Source: Patescibacteria group bacterium UBA6201 (GTDB lineage: Bacteria > Patescibacteriota > Minisyncoccia > Phycocordibacterales > UBA918). Taken from it: a stretch of DNA of 64,000 nt. This document shows positions 1-9,087 of the stretch, in pieces. The notes below the pieces were generated by a model. It worked only from the letters and a program-made list of their open reading frames with translations, was not told the DNA's origin and ran no database searches. The translations under genes were made by a program, and so were the position numbers. Where the stretch lies: contig DISV01000005.1 of the NCBI GenBank assembly GCA_002422025.1, forward strand, positions 136,834-200,833. Direction: 5' to 3'. Position 1 is the stretch's first letter, and each line of letters begins with the position of its first letter.

Positions 1-32
1 CTCAACAACTGAATTTGTAAGCCAGAACAATT

Positions 33-722
33 TTAGGTTATTTCTTTGATAGATGTGTTGCGGTGAATTATTTCATCGTTACGAATAGATAGGAAGAATT
101 CGTATTGATTGCGTGGGTTGCGGCCATACCAATCGAGAAACTCGCTTGAGACTGGCTTCTTTTTTAGCTCTTCGCCTCGTAACTCAAGAAAACGATCGTA
201 TTGCTCAAATGCGTGGTTTTCAAACATATAGTTGAGCTCGTAGGAATAGCGTGGATTGACGAGATATAGGACGTATGACCACCAGAAGTAGAAAAAGGCA
301 AAGAACATAGGAATGAGTGTGTGGCGGATGAGGCCTGCCCGCTCCTCCCCTTTTGCAAGTTGAGATATAACCACAACATGCATAGTTTCGTTGTCCTGAG
401 CAATCTGAGCATACTTGGAAACATTGGATAGGTGCATAGCTTTTTTTTCGTCAGAGTAGAAGAAAGTAAGAAGTGTGTAGGCAGATGACGACCACGAATG
501 ATAAGGTACGCGTGCAATGACCTCGACCGCGCGGAATTTGAGATAAGACGGTTCCTTACCGTATATAAGATTGCCACACCACACGAGCGATAGTCCTAAG
601 AAGCGTGGCACGAAGCTCACACGATATTTATCGAGGGGTTCTTTGTACTCCCTAAGCGCTATCGGGTCGTTCAAGGCCTTGTTTAAGGCCTCTAGCTCTT
701 CATTACCACGTTTTAATTCCAT
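33..722 (-). CDS. Alternative oxidase/PTOX-like di-iron carboxylate protein
   Basis: AOX-type ligand motifs VEVIARVPY, DNETMH, FENHAFEQY and RNDEIIH, with a hydrophobic membrane-associating segment. Confidence 0.75.
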   Translation of the reverse strand: MELKRGNEELEALNKALNDPIALREYKEPLDKYRVSFVPRFLGLSLVWCGNLIYGKEPSYLKFRAVEVIARVPYHSWSSSAYTLLTFFYSDEKKAMHLSNVSKYAQIAQDNETMHVVVISQLAKGEERAGLIRHTLIPMFFAFFYFWWSYVLYLVNPRYSYELNYMFENHAFEQYDRFLELRGEELKKKPVSSEFLDWYGRNPRNQYEFFLSIRNDEIIHRNTSIKEIT

Positions 723-759
723 ACCAAGAATTTATTGTATTAACTCTTATATATGAACA

Positions 760-2025
760 CTACGTATTCTCGTCATTATCGAAATCAGCGTAGAGCTCCT
801 CTTCGGTAAGGTGGCGTACTTCGCCAGTGGCACGGGTTACTACTTCAAACTTCCCTTCTTCCTTCGTCTTACGAGAGACCACTACTCGGTATGGAATACC
901 GAGTAGGTCGCTGTCGGCAAACTTTTCCCCAGCACGTGCATCACGGTCATCGTAAAGCACTTCAACACCACGCTCCTTCATAGCTAAATAAATGCCATCA
1001 GTATAATCGCGAACCTCATCGTCATCCCCGTTTAGTCCGACTAGATGAACCTTGAAAGGCGCAACTGCTTCCGGCCACACGATACCCTTCTCATCTGACA
1101 GAAGCTCCACTACAGTTCCCATGGCGCGGGCTGGTCCAATACCGTAAGAACCCATAATGACAGGCTTCTCCTCCCCGTTTTCGTCTTTATACATGAGTCC
1201 GAGAGCTTCGGAGAACTTGGTGCCAAGTGAGAAGATATTTCCAACTTCAATACTCTTTCTTTTTTCTAGCTCTTCTTTGGTGATACCGAGTTCTGACAAA
1301 TCAGCCTCAGCTAAAACTTCCTCATTCACTGCAATACCCTTAACTTCGTTTACGTAAACAATATCTTCACCTGCCTCGCAGAGGGTCTGAAATTCGTGAC
1401 TAAATTTGGTGAAGGCTCCACCTGAAGCAAAGGTTCTATAGGTCTTGTCACCGATACCGATACGGTCGAATATCCGCTTATAAGCTAAGGCTGCCGCTTC
1501 GTAAAATTTATTATGTTCTTCTTCCGTAGCCGAGAAGGAATAGAGGTCCTTCATCCAAAATTCACGGGTACGCATAATGCCACTCTTAGCACGCGTTTCG
1601 TTACGAAACTTGGTTTGAATTTGGTATGGGTAGAGGGGTAGGTCTTTATATGAAGAAATATACTGACGCATTAACTCAGTAATGACTTCTTCATGAGTCC
1701 AAGCAAAGCCAACTTCGCCACCGGCGCGGAGATTTGATTTAAACCAAACATCAACTTTATCATCATCCCAACGGTCTGATTTTTTCCATAGAGTTGGTTC
1801 TTGGAGCGACGGCATATGAACTTCTTGTCCGCCAATCGCGTTCATCTCTTCACGGATAATAGCATTTATTTTTTCAATTACTCGTAGACCAAGTGGCAAA
1901 AAGCTGTATGCCCCAGCCATATTTTTATATATATAACCGGCACGCAACAATAACTGAGCGTTCTTAGACACTTCGTCCGCTGGTGCTTCCTTCCTAGTCT
2001 TGGTGAAAAGTTGTGATTGTCGCAT
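760..2025 (-). CDS. proS: Proline--tRNA ligase (short form, no editing insertion)
   Basis: MRQSQLF start, QIQTKFRNETR, REFWMKDLYSF, GSYGIG, C-terminal anticodon-binding domain. Confidence 0.95.
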   Translation of the reverse strand: MRQSQLFTKTRKEAPADEVSKNAQLLLRAGYIYKNMAGAYSFLPLGLRVIEKINAIIREEMNAIGGQEVHMPSLQEPTLWKKSDRWDDDKVDVWFKSNLRAGGEVGFAWTHEEVITELMRQYISSYKDLPLYPYQIQTKFRNETRAKSGIMRTREFWMKDLYSFSATEEEHNKFYEAAALAYKRIFDRIGIGDKTYRTFASGGAFTKFSHEFQTLCEAGEDIVYVNEVKGIAVNEEVLAEADLSELGITKEELEKRKSIEVGNIFSLGTKFSEALGLMYKDENGEEKPVIMGSYGIGPARAMGTVVELLSDEKGIVWPEAVAPFKVHLVGLNGDDDEVRDYTDGIYLAMKERGVEVLYDDRDARAGEKFADSDLLGIPYRVVVSRKTKEEGKFEVVTRATGEVRHLTEEELYADFDNDENT

Positions 2026-2030
2026 ATGTG

Positions 2031-3116
2031 TTAAATAATTCTCACTATATCATTATAGGTAACAGCTACCATCAAGAGTATCAAGAACGCAAAGCCGATC
2101 AGGTTTACGCGGGCCATCCATTCTGGATTGATTGGTCGACGGATAACTGCCTCAGCGATAACGAAGAGTAGACGTCCACCGTCAAGTGCAGGAATTGGTA
2201 GAAGATTGATGACAGCGAGGTTGAGTGAGATAAAGGCCGTGAACACCATAAGGGTTACAAAGCCAAATTCGGCCGCATCCCCCACCATGCCAGCGATACC
2301 AATCGGTCCAGTCACCTCTTCGAGGTTAGCAGAAAATGTGAAGGATGACGCAATAAAGGAGGTAATCCCTACCGTGATGGCCCATAGAGAGTTTACAGTC
2401 CGCATACTCGCACTAACCAGCGCATCTACTGGACCTAATTTTTTATTTTCAACGAGCGCAGTCGCAACTCCAATTGCCTCTCTCTCTGGATCTGATTCAA
2501 TTACACCAGAGCGAGGCTCTATCGTTACACTACCTAAGTCGTCTTTGTGTGTGTAGTGAATGGTGACGGCCCCATCTGAATCAGTAACAAAATTAGTAAA
2601 GGCGGTCGGAGTCAGGGTATTCAATGATCCACTCTCGGACTGAACTGAAATTACCTTAGCGCCAGATGGGATTCCGGCTTCATCGGCTGGTGAACCAGAT
2701 ACTGTGCTTGTAATAGTTAAGAAAGCCTTATCTTTATCGTAATCTTCTTCACTAACGATGGTTGGAGTACCAATCATTGCAACAGCGAAGAATATGAGCC
2801 AGGCAATCAGAATGTTCATAGCGACACCGGCCAAGAGAACAATGGCTTGGTGTAATTTAGGACGCATACCGAAAGCGCGTGAACTGTCGCTGTCTGCAGA
2901 GTCACCATTCTCTCCAAATATTTTCACATACCCTCCAATCGGTAAAAGATTAATGGAATATTCTGTCTCCCCCTTCTTAATTGAGAATAGTCGTGGAGGA
3001 AAACCAATAGCAAACTCATCGACCCGCATCCGGGCCCACTTGGCAGTTACAAAGTGCCCTAGTTCATGAACTAAGATAAGGAAGAACAGGACCGCTATGA
3101 AGAGAATTATAGTCAC
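2031..3116 (-). CDS. rseP: RIP metalloprotease RseP (site-2 protease with PDZ domain)
   Basis: HELGH, GFPP, PIGGYV and NLLPIPALDGG motifs. Confidence 0.93.
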   Translation of the reverse strand: MTIILFIAVLFFLILVHELGHFVTAKWARMRVDEFAIGFPPRLFSIKKGETEYSINLLPIGGYVKIFGENGDSADSDSSRAFGMRPKLHQAIVLLAGVAMNILIAWLIFFAVAMIGTPTIVSEEDYDKDKAFLTITSTVSGSPADEAGIPSGAKVISVQSESGSLNTLTPTAFTNFVTDSDGAVTIHYTHKDDLGSVTIEPRSGVIESDPEREAIGVATALVENKKLGPVDALVSASMRTVNSLWAITVGITSFIASSFTFSANLEEVTGPIGIAGMVGDAAEFGFVTLMVFTAFISLNLAVINLLPIPALDGGRLLFVIAEAVIRRPINPEWMARVNLIGFAFLILLMVAVTYNDIVRII

Positions 3117-3129
3117 AAAGTTTATTTAA

Positions 3130-3669
3130 TTATTGGCTGATTTCCTTTTCCTTTTCTACGTACAGGGACTCCAGTTTTTTGTTTGTTTCATCGATTTGCT
3201 TTTGAGCCTTATCCTTTTCGCGCCTTGCTTCGTCTTCACCCAACTCTTTAGCTTTCACCTTTGATTCGATACCTTTCATCTTATCGTCACGAGCGCTCCG
3301 AACACGTACTCGTGCCTCTTCAAATTTCTGGCCGGCTAACTTGAGCAACGTAGCGCGACGCTCTCCAGTGAGTTCTGGAAATGTAATACGTAGTCCAGAA
3401 GAATCAGTGACAACTCCCAATCCTAAGTCAGCGTCAATAATCGCGCGTTCAATAGCCGCAACACTGTCTGTGTCCCAAGGTGATATGCGTAGGGTTCGGG
3501 CGTCTTCGATACCGACTGAACCAACTTGGTTAAGTGGAACTTTGGTCCCGTAACTGTCAATTTTTATGCTATCCAAAATACTAGGGGTGGCTTGGCCAGT
3601 TCGGATGCCGGAAAATTCACCACGAAGCCAAGTGGTAGAGGCATCTAATTTTTGAGTGAAATCATCCAT
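3130..3669 (-). CDS. frr: Ribosome recycling factor
   Basis: IRTGQATP and FPELTGERR motifs; next to rseP. Confidence 0.95.
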   Translation of the reverse strand: MDDFTQKLDASTTWLRGEFSGIRTGQATPSILDSIKIDSYGTKVPLNQVGSVGIEDARTLRISPWDTDSVAAIERAIIDADLGLGVVTDSSGLRITFPELTGERRATLLKLAGQKFEEARVRVRSARDDKMKGIESKVKAKELGEDEARREKDKAQKQIDETNKKLESLYVEKEKEISQ

Positions 3670-3724
3670 ATCTAGTTAGTTTTAATTTTTAAATTTTTGG
3701 TCTCAGTGTTAATGAGAGGCTGTT

Positions 3725-4315
3725 TTAGGTCCCAAGGCTCAGTGCCAGCTCTTCCATCAACATCTTTCGGGAAGCTCCCCGATTATAAACATATTTTTCG
3801 CAGAGCAACAATGAACGCTTAGCATCGGGTGAAAGTTCACTGAGGTGTTGCTCCCCTATGTCACGCACTATCCTACCAAGGCTCTGGGGGTCATCTTTAG
3901 CTAATTTCGCTATTGTATCTATACGTTCTTTCAAGGACTGCTCAAGGAATGGAGCGGTTACTTCTGACTGAGGCACAGAGTTACCTGTAATTATCAAGCG
4001 TGAACGCAGAGTCGGAATTAGGATTGATTGGTGCGGAATCACCAGAAAAAAAACGGTGTTCTCTGGTGGTTCTTCGAATAATTTTAAGAGAGCGTTCTGG
4101 GCTTCAATTGTTAGTCCCTTAGTGACGATTATAAATTGATGAAGGCCGGTTCCAAGCGCCTTCTTGGCACTTTCTCTAACTAACCAACGCGCCTCATCAA
4201 TACCGAAATTATCGACAAGTAGATGTCTGGTGTCAGCGGTCTCGGACTTTAACTCTTCTGGCAGAGAAGCACTCTCTAACGAGTTGGCGATTATGAGTTG
4301 AGCGTGGGCAATCAT
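3725..4315 (-). CDS. holB: DNA polymerase III delta'-like subunit (reduced)
   Basis: EAQNALLKLFEEPP and IPTLRSR clamp-loader motifs. Confidence 0.75.
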   Translation of the reverse strand: MIAHAQLIIANSLESASLPEELKSETADTRHLLVDNFGIDEARWLVRESAKKALGTGLHQFIIVTKGLTIEAQNALLKLFEEPPENTVFFLVIPHQSILIPTLRSRLIITGNSVPQSEVTAPFLEQSLKERIDTIAKLAKDDPQSLGRIVRDIGEQHLSELSPDAKRSLLLCEKYVYNRGASRKMLMEELALSLGT

Positions 4316-4419
4316 TACTTCATTTTATCATGATTCCTTTTATACCAGCTCCAATTAATGCTTTCCTAAAGGAACACCGTAAGATTTTGGCTGCAAAACT
4401 TACGGTGTTACGGAAATGA

Positions 4420-6105
4420 TTAATTGGAGCTGGTATTAGCCTGTGCCCTTTGTCTTTCTAGTACTTGGCGAATCACACGTCTTAGATAATTTTCGAAAGT
4501 CTCACCCATTTCGTGCATTACTCCCTGTTCGTAGCGCCAGCCAGTCATATAGTCACTTAGGTGGCGCTTAATGTCTGGGGTTACTCCCTCGAAACGGCCA
4601 GATATGACCGAAGCCATCGGCATACTTGCCAATTTTTTATAAAGTGGGTGATCAATGCCAGAAGGACCCGTGCCAAGAAAACCACTCTTTTTAAACAGCA
4701 CCCATTCAGATAATAATTGTCGGAGGCCCGCCTCCACTTCTGGAGACTTTAGGTCCGTAATTGGCTTCTTGGCTTCTTCCTCTCGCTTGGCGGCTGCTGA
4801 TTTTATTGCCGCCATTTTTTCGGGCAAAGTAACAGACGCGCTTTGCAGTGGCTGAAGTTTGTCGGACTGTATTGGTGTTGGTGGAGTAGTTGTTGTAGAT
4901 GCTGTCTTAGGATTTACTTCAACCTTCCTTATGTTTGTATTTGGTATTTCTGATACGGCTGGCTTTACTTCTTTATCTTGTTTCTTAGGTAGTGGAGACT
5001 TGAAAAACTTACTAGCAAATGATGTTGGTTTAAAAGTCGCCTCAACTTCTGTTTCATCGGAAGGGTGATGATATAAACCTTCGGTTTGTTGTGGGGGTGT
5101 TGGTGGTGGGGTTTCTGTATCTTTGACTGGTGTTGGGGCTGGTACAGGGGTAGGAACTGGTGTTGTCGGTATTCTTGTAATCTTCAAGGTGGAAGTCGGT
5201 TTCTCGACTGGTGCGACTGCCTCTAGAGTAGGTGGGGTGACGGGTATTTCTGTTGTCTTCGTCTCCTCAACTTTAGGTTCAGGTGGTGTGGTTGTTGTTT
5301 GACTGAGACCTTTTTCTATAATCAAATCAAGCGTAGCTTTGTATGCGGCCTCGAGTCGTGGTAGTGACTCGGCACCTCCTCCAGCACTCGATCGCTTCAT
5401 GGCGTCTAGGAGAGCCGACATATATTCTCTGCCAATCGTTTCATCAGCATTAATGACATTAACAGGATTGCCAACTCGGCCGTTGATATCGTGCTTGATA
5501 GCGTCGATACGGGCACGGACATCTATTGTTGATACTGCCACAGGTGCAGCTGGTGCTGGAGTGGGTATTTCTACCGGCTCAATCTCTGCCGGTGCTGACG
5601 GTATTTGTGTTGGTGGTTTTGGTGTCTTTTCTGAAATAGGCGGTTCAGGTACGACTTTAGGCACTACTTCTTCAATAGTTGTTTCTATTTTTGGTGTATG
5701 CGCTGTGGTGGCAGATTCTTCTGGGGCGATTACTTTGGCTGGTAGCTCATTAGATATTGAAAAGTCTGGAGCCGGTCGAGTTTGGCCGAATGAATCATTA
5801 AAATTACTTTGTGGTCTTGCTTCAGTATTTGCTCTTCCCCCACTGTTGCTGATAATGAGTGAAGACAGCTGGGGGTTCTTTCCGATTTGTTCAACAATTT
5901 TATTTTTGATGGTGGACCTTTTTGCCTCATCGCTTTCTCCAGCGTATGCTAAAAAGAGATCTCGCAAAGAGTTTTTACTTTCAGGTGGAATCGCAGCTTG
6001 GCGCAGTGTTGATAGTGCTTTCACGATACCAGCCTCGCCACCAAAAATGTCGGTGTCGGAGTTTTTTGCGACGTTTAAATCACCCGAAGGAGCTACAACA
6101 TTCAT
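4420..6105 (-). CDS. Hypothetical protein with Pro/Thr/Glu-rich linkers and a globular C-terminal domain
   Basis: 561-aa ORF with low-complexity PT/PE tracts; TGn-TACAAT 9 nt upstream of the ATG. Confidence 0.7.
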   Translation of the reverse strand: MNVVAPSGDLNVAKNSDTDIFGGEAGIVKALSTLRQAAIPPESKNSLRDLFLAYAGESDEAKRSTIKNKIVEQIGKNPQLSSLIISNSGGRANTEARPQSNFNDSFGQTRPAPDFSISNELPAKVIAPEESATTAHTPKIETTIEEVVPKVVPEPPISEKTPKPPTQIPSAPAEIEPVEIPTPAPAAPVAVSTIDVRARIDAIKHDINGRVGNPVNVINADETIGREYMSALLDAMKRSSAGGGAESLPRLEAAYKATLDLIIEKGLSQTTTTPPEPKVEETKTTEIPVTPPTLEAVAPVEKPTSTLKITRIPTTPVPTPVPAPTPVKDTETPPPTPPQQTEGLYHHPSDETEVEATFKPTSFASKFFKSPLPKKQDKEVKPAVSEIPNTNIRKVEVNPKTASTTTTPPTPIQSDKLQPLQSASVTLPEKMAAIKSAAAKREEEAKKPITDLKSPEVEAGLRQLLSEWVLFKKSGFLGTGPSGIDHPLYKKLASMPMASVISGRFEGVTPDIKRHLSDYMTGWRYEQGVMHEMGETFENYLRRVIRQVLERQRAQANTSSN

Positions 6106-6306
6106 ATCACTATGATTGTATCACTGAGCCACACACTATATAGGTTCACTTATGTGAATTAGTGCATAGTTGATATTAATAAAGTGACGACTTGTCTTAT
6201 CTCCTGGTCGTCACTCTTCTTGCTTGTGACACTGTAGTAAATTTTATTCTATCGTTGAGGATAGAATAACTAAAGTAACGAGACAGGTCTTTCCTGTTTA
6301 GTTTGC

Positions 6307-7320
6307 TTATCGTTTTGCCAGAATAGTCTGCTTGTAACTATCGAGGTGTTCAAGTGCGATGCCAGTACCTTTAGCCACACAGAAAAGGGCTTGGTCGGCA
6401 AGGCTCGCAGAGACTCCTGTACGTCTACGAATTAGTTCTGGAAAATTGCGCAATTGCGAAGTACCACCAGTCATAATGATTCCAGTGCCCATGATGTCGG
6501 AGGCTAGTTCTGGTGGAGTGTCTTGAAAGACATCCTTGATTGCCTTAATCATCTCTCGAAGTTCCTTCCCAATCGCCTGAACGACCTCATTAGTCTTTAT
6601 TTCAGTGACTCTCGGTAGACCAGTTAGGGTATCAATACCCTTTATTTCTATCATTAGCTCTTCTTGGACCGGTAAGGCTGAACCAATTTTAATTTTTACT
6701 TCTTCAGCCGTTTTTTCTCCAATGGCAAGGTTGCGAGTTTTTTTCACATGGTCAATGATGGCGGCGTCGATACGATTACCCGCACACTTCACAGAGTTCG
6801 AGGCGACAATTCCGCCCAGAGAGATGACCGCGACGTCGATAGTTCCGCCACCGCAGTCCACTATCATGTGTCCTTGAGGTTCATAGATAGGTACGCCGGC
6901 TCCGATAGCGGAAAGAATCGGTTCTTTGACCACATAGGCATTTTTAGCACCAGCCTTGATGGCAGCTTCAACCACTGCGCGCTTCTCGGTTGAGGTAACT
7001 CCGGCGGGTACTGATATTAATACTTCAGGTCGGAAAAAGTTCCAACGCCCAAGCGCCTCACGAATAAAGTGGTTCAACATAATCTCCGTGACACGGTAGT
7101 CAGCAATGACACCATCACGAAGTGGGCGGTAAGCATGGATTGTGTCAGGCGTGCGGCCAATCATTTCCTTGGCAGCTGTCCCTACCGCTAGGACTTGATT
7201 GTTATTAGAAACTGCGACTACAGAAGGTTCGTTTAAAACGACCCCCTGGCCTGGTATGAATACCAAGACACTAGTGGTGCCTAGGTCTATGCCGAGCCTG
7301 GGAGTAAATCGTGACAACAT
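6307..7320 (-). CDS. mreB: Rod shape-determining actin homolog MreB
   Basis: GIDLGT, NEPSVVA, PLRDGVIAD, VDCGGGT; start placed at ATG 7320, just after an extended -10. Confidence 0.93.
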   Translation of the reverse strand: MLSRFTPRLGIDLGTTSVLVFIPGQGVVLNEPSVVAVSNNNQVLAVGTAAKEMIGRTPDTIHAYRPLRDGVIADYRVTEIMLNHFIREALGRWNFFRPEVLISVPAGVTSTEKRAVVEAAIKAGAKNAYVVKEPILSAIGAGVPIYEPQGHMIVDCGGGTIDVAVISLGGIVASNSVKCAGNRIDAAIIDHVKKTRNLAIGEKTAEEVKIKIGSALPVQEELMIEIKGIDTLTGLPRVTEIKTNEVVQAIGKELREMIKAIKDVFQDTPPELASDIMGTGIIMTGGTSQLRNFPELIRRRTGVSASLADQALFCVAKGTGIALEHLDSYKQTILAKR

Positions 7321-7342
7321 TACGGTAGAGTATAACAAAAGT

Positions 7343-7351
7343 TTATCCACA
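7343..7351 (+). promoter_or_regulatory. Consensus DnaA box TTATCCACA between the mreB and murA promoters
   Basis: Exact match to the 9-mer consensus. Confidence 0.45.
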
Positions 7352-7357
7352 TTGTTC

Positions 7358-7379
7358 AATATAGCCTATATGCTATATT
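7358..7379. promoter_or_regulatory. Candidate operator palindrome AATATAGC-N6-GCTATATT overlapping the murA -10
   Basis: Perfect 8-bp inverted repeat. Confidence 0.45.
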
Positions 7380-7388
7380 TTCATAACC

Positions 7389-8915
7389 ATGAAAATAAAC
7401 GAGACTAATAACCTAGGAAAGCAAATCGCAGATCTGCGCGAAGCTGCCGGGATGACACAGACAGACTTGGCGCGGAAACTTAAAACCACTCAAAGTGCTA
7501 TTGCACGTATTGAGGCTGGTAAGCAAAATATCTCTACTGACACACTGAAGAAGCTTTCCCGGGCCCTTGGTCGCAATTTATTGTCTCTCTCAGTTGGGAG
7601 TCTAAGCCTGGAAATTGTGGGTGGCAAAAAACTCCACGGCACCATTGAAACTAATACCTCCAAAAATGGTGCAGTTGGACTCTTGTGTGCCTCGCTTTTA
7701 AATAAAGGAAAAACTACACTTCGTCGGATGCCTCGTCTCGAAGAGGTACATCGCCTCATTGAGGTACTGGAATCAATCGGTACAAGTGTGGTGTGGCAAG
7801 GCAGTGACATCGTTATCACTCCGCCTAAAAAGCAGCAACTTGAAAAAATCGACAAGGAAGCAGCGGTGAAAACACGCAGTATCATAATGTTTATTGGTGC
7901 TTTGATGCATCGCTTTGATTCGTTTTCACTACCGCAGTCCGGTGGTTGCAAGCTTGGCAGTCGCACTGTTCGCCCCCATTTCTATGCACTTGAACATTTT
8001 GGGGTTGATATCAACACGACCGATAATGCGTTTGAGGTCACAGTTTCGTCTAGTCAGACTAGACGAAAAGAGCGAGAGGTTATTCTTTATGAGTCTGGCG
8101 ACACAGTGACTGAGAATGCTCTATTTGCCGCTGCCCTTACCCCTTCGCGTACTGTGATTAAGTATGCAACATCAAATTATATGGTGCAGGAGGTCTGTGC
8201 CTTCCTGATGAAGGCTGGTGTTTCTATCGAAGGGATCGGCACAACCACTTTGATTGTGGATGGACTCGCTGACCTTGATACAAACATCGAATACACTCTT
8301 TCTGAGGATCCAACTGACACTATGTTCTTCCTTAGTGCCGCTATTCTCACTAATTCGTCCATCACTATCACCCGTTGCCCAATCGACTTCTTGGAGTTGG
8401 AACTTTTGGTGCTTGAGAAGATGGGCTTTAAGTATGAACAGAGCGCTCCTTACTTATCTGAAAATGGTCTAACTAAATTAGTGGACCTAAAGACCAAGCC
8501 TTCCAAACTTATTGCTCCACCTGAGAAGGTGCATTCTCGTCCGTATCCAGGCCTCAATGCCGACAACCTTCCTTTCTTCGCTGTTATTGCGACTCAGGCT
8601 GAAGGTCAGACGCTTATCCACGACTGGATGTACGAGAAGCGTGCGCTCTACTTCACTGAACTTGATAAACTCGGCGGTGATACTCTCTTGGCTGACCCAC
8701 ACCGCATTTATATTAACGGAAGGACACCGCTACGTGCTACTGAGCTTGTGTGTCCCCCAGCGCTTCGTCCGGCTACTATTCTTTTGATTGCGATGCTTGG
8801 GGCAGATGGTCGTTCAGTCTTACGCAATATCTACTCCATTAACCGTGGGTATGAAAAGCTAGTGGAAAGGCTCTCGTCACTAGGGGCGGAGATTAGGTAT
8901 ATGGAGGAGTTTTAG
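7389..8915 (+). CDS. murA: XRE-HTH / UDP-N-acetylglucosamine 1-carboxyvinyltransferase fusion
   Basis: N-terminal MTQTDLA...QSAIARIEAG Cro-type HTH; MurA motifs SKN, GGCKLGSR (active-site Cys), PYPG and RGYE. Confidence 0.9.
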   Translation: MKINETNNLGKQIADLREAAGMTQTDLARKLKTTQSAIARIEAGKQNISTDTLKKLSRALGRNLLSLSVGSLSLEIVGGKKLHGTIETNTSKNGAVGLLCASLLNKGKTTLRRMPRLEEVHRLIEVLESIGTSVVWQGSDIVITPPKKQQLEKIDKEAAVKTRSIIMFIGALMHRFDSFSLPQSGGCKLGSRTVRPHFYALEHFGVDINTTDNAFEVTVSSSQTRRKEREVILYESGDTVTENALFAAALTPSRTVIKYATSNYMVQEVCAFLMKAGVSIEGIGTTTLIVDGLADLDTNIEYTLSEDPTDTMFFLSAAILTNSSITITRCPIDFLELELLVLEKMGFKYEQSAPYLSENGLTKLVDLKTKPSKLIAPPEKVHSRPYPGLNADNLPFFAVIATQAEGQTLIHDWMYEKRALYFTELDKLGGDTLLADPHRIYINGRTPLRATELVCPPALRPATILLIAMLGADGRSVLRNIYSINRGYEKLVERLSSLGAEIRYMEEF

Positions 8916-8918
8916 AAT

Positions 8919-8946
8919 TAGTACACAGTACACAGTACGCAGTACG
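8919..8946 (+). repeat. Heptamer tandem repeat (AGTACAC)n
   Basis: tagtacacagtacacagtacgcagtacg directly after the murA stop codon. Confidence 0.7.
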
Positions 8947-8984
8947 ATTGAGACGTTGTCTTAGTTCAACTTGATTCAACAGAT

Positions 8985-9014
8985 TATCTCCTTATCATCG
9001 ATGATAAGGAGATA
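8985..9014. repeat. Perfect 30-bp palindrome
   Basis: tatctccttatcatc|gatgataaggagata. Confidence 0.85.
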
Positions 9015-9087
9015 CAAAAATGCCTTTTAAACTGGATTTTTACGTATCCACTAGACTCAATCCCCTATTCCCTATACCCTAGTAACT

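Noticed and set aside
5339-6115. 258-aa plus-strand ORF and other antisense ORFs in the track (e.g. 2128, 7490, 17038, 53128, 61307)
   Set aside because: Shadow frames of better-supported genes on the opposite strand
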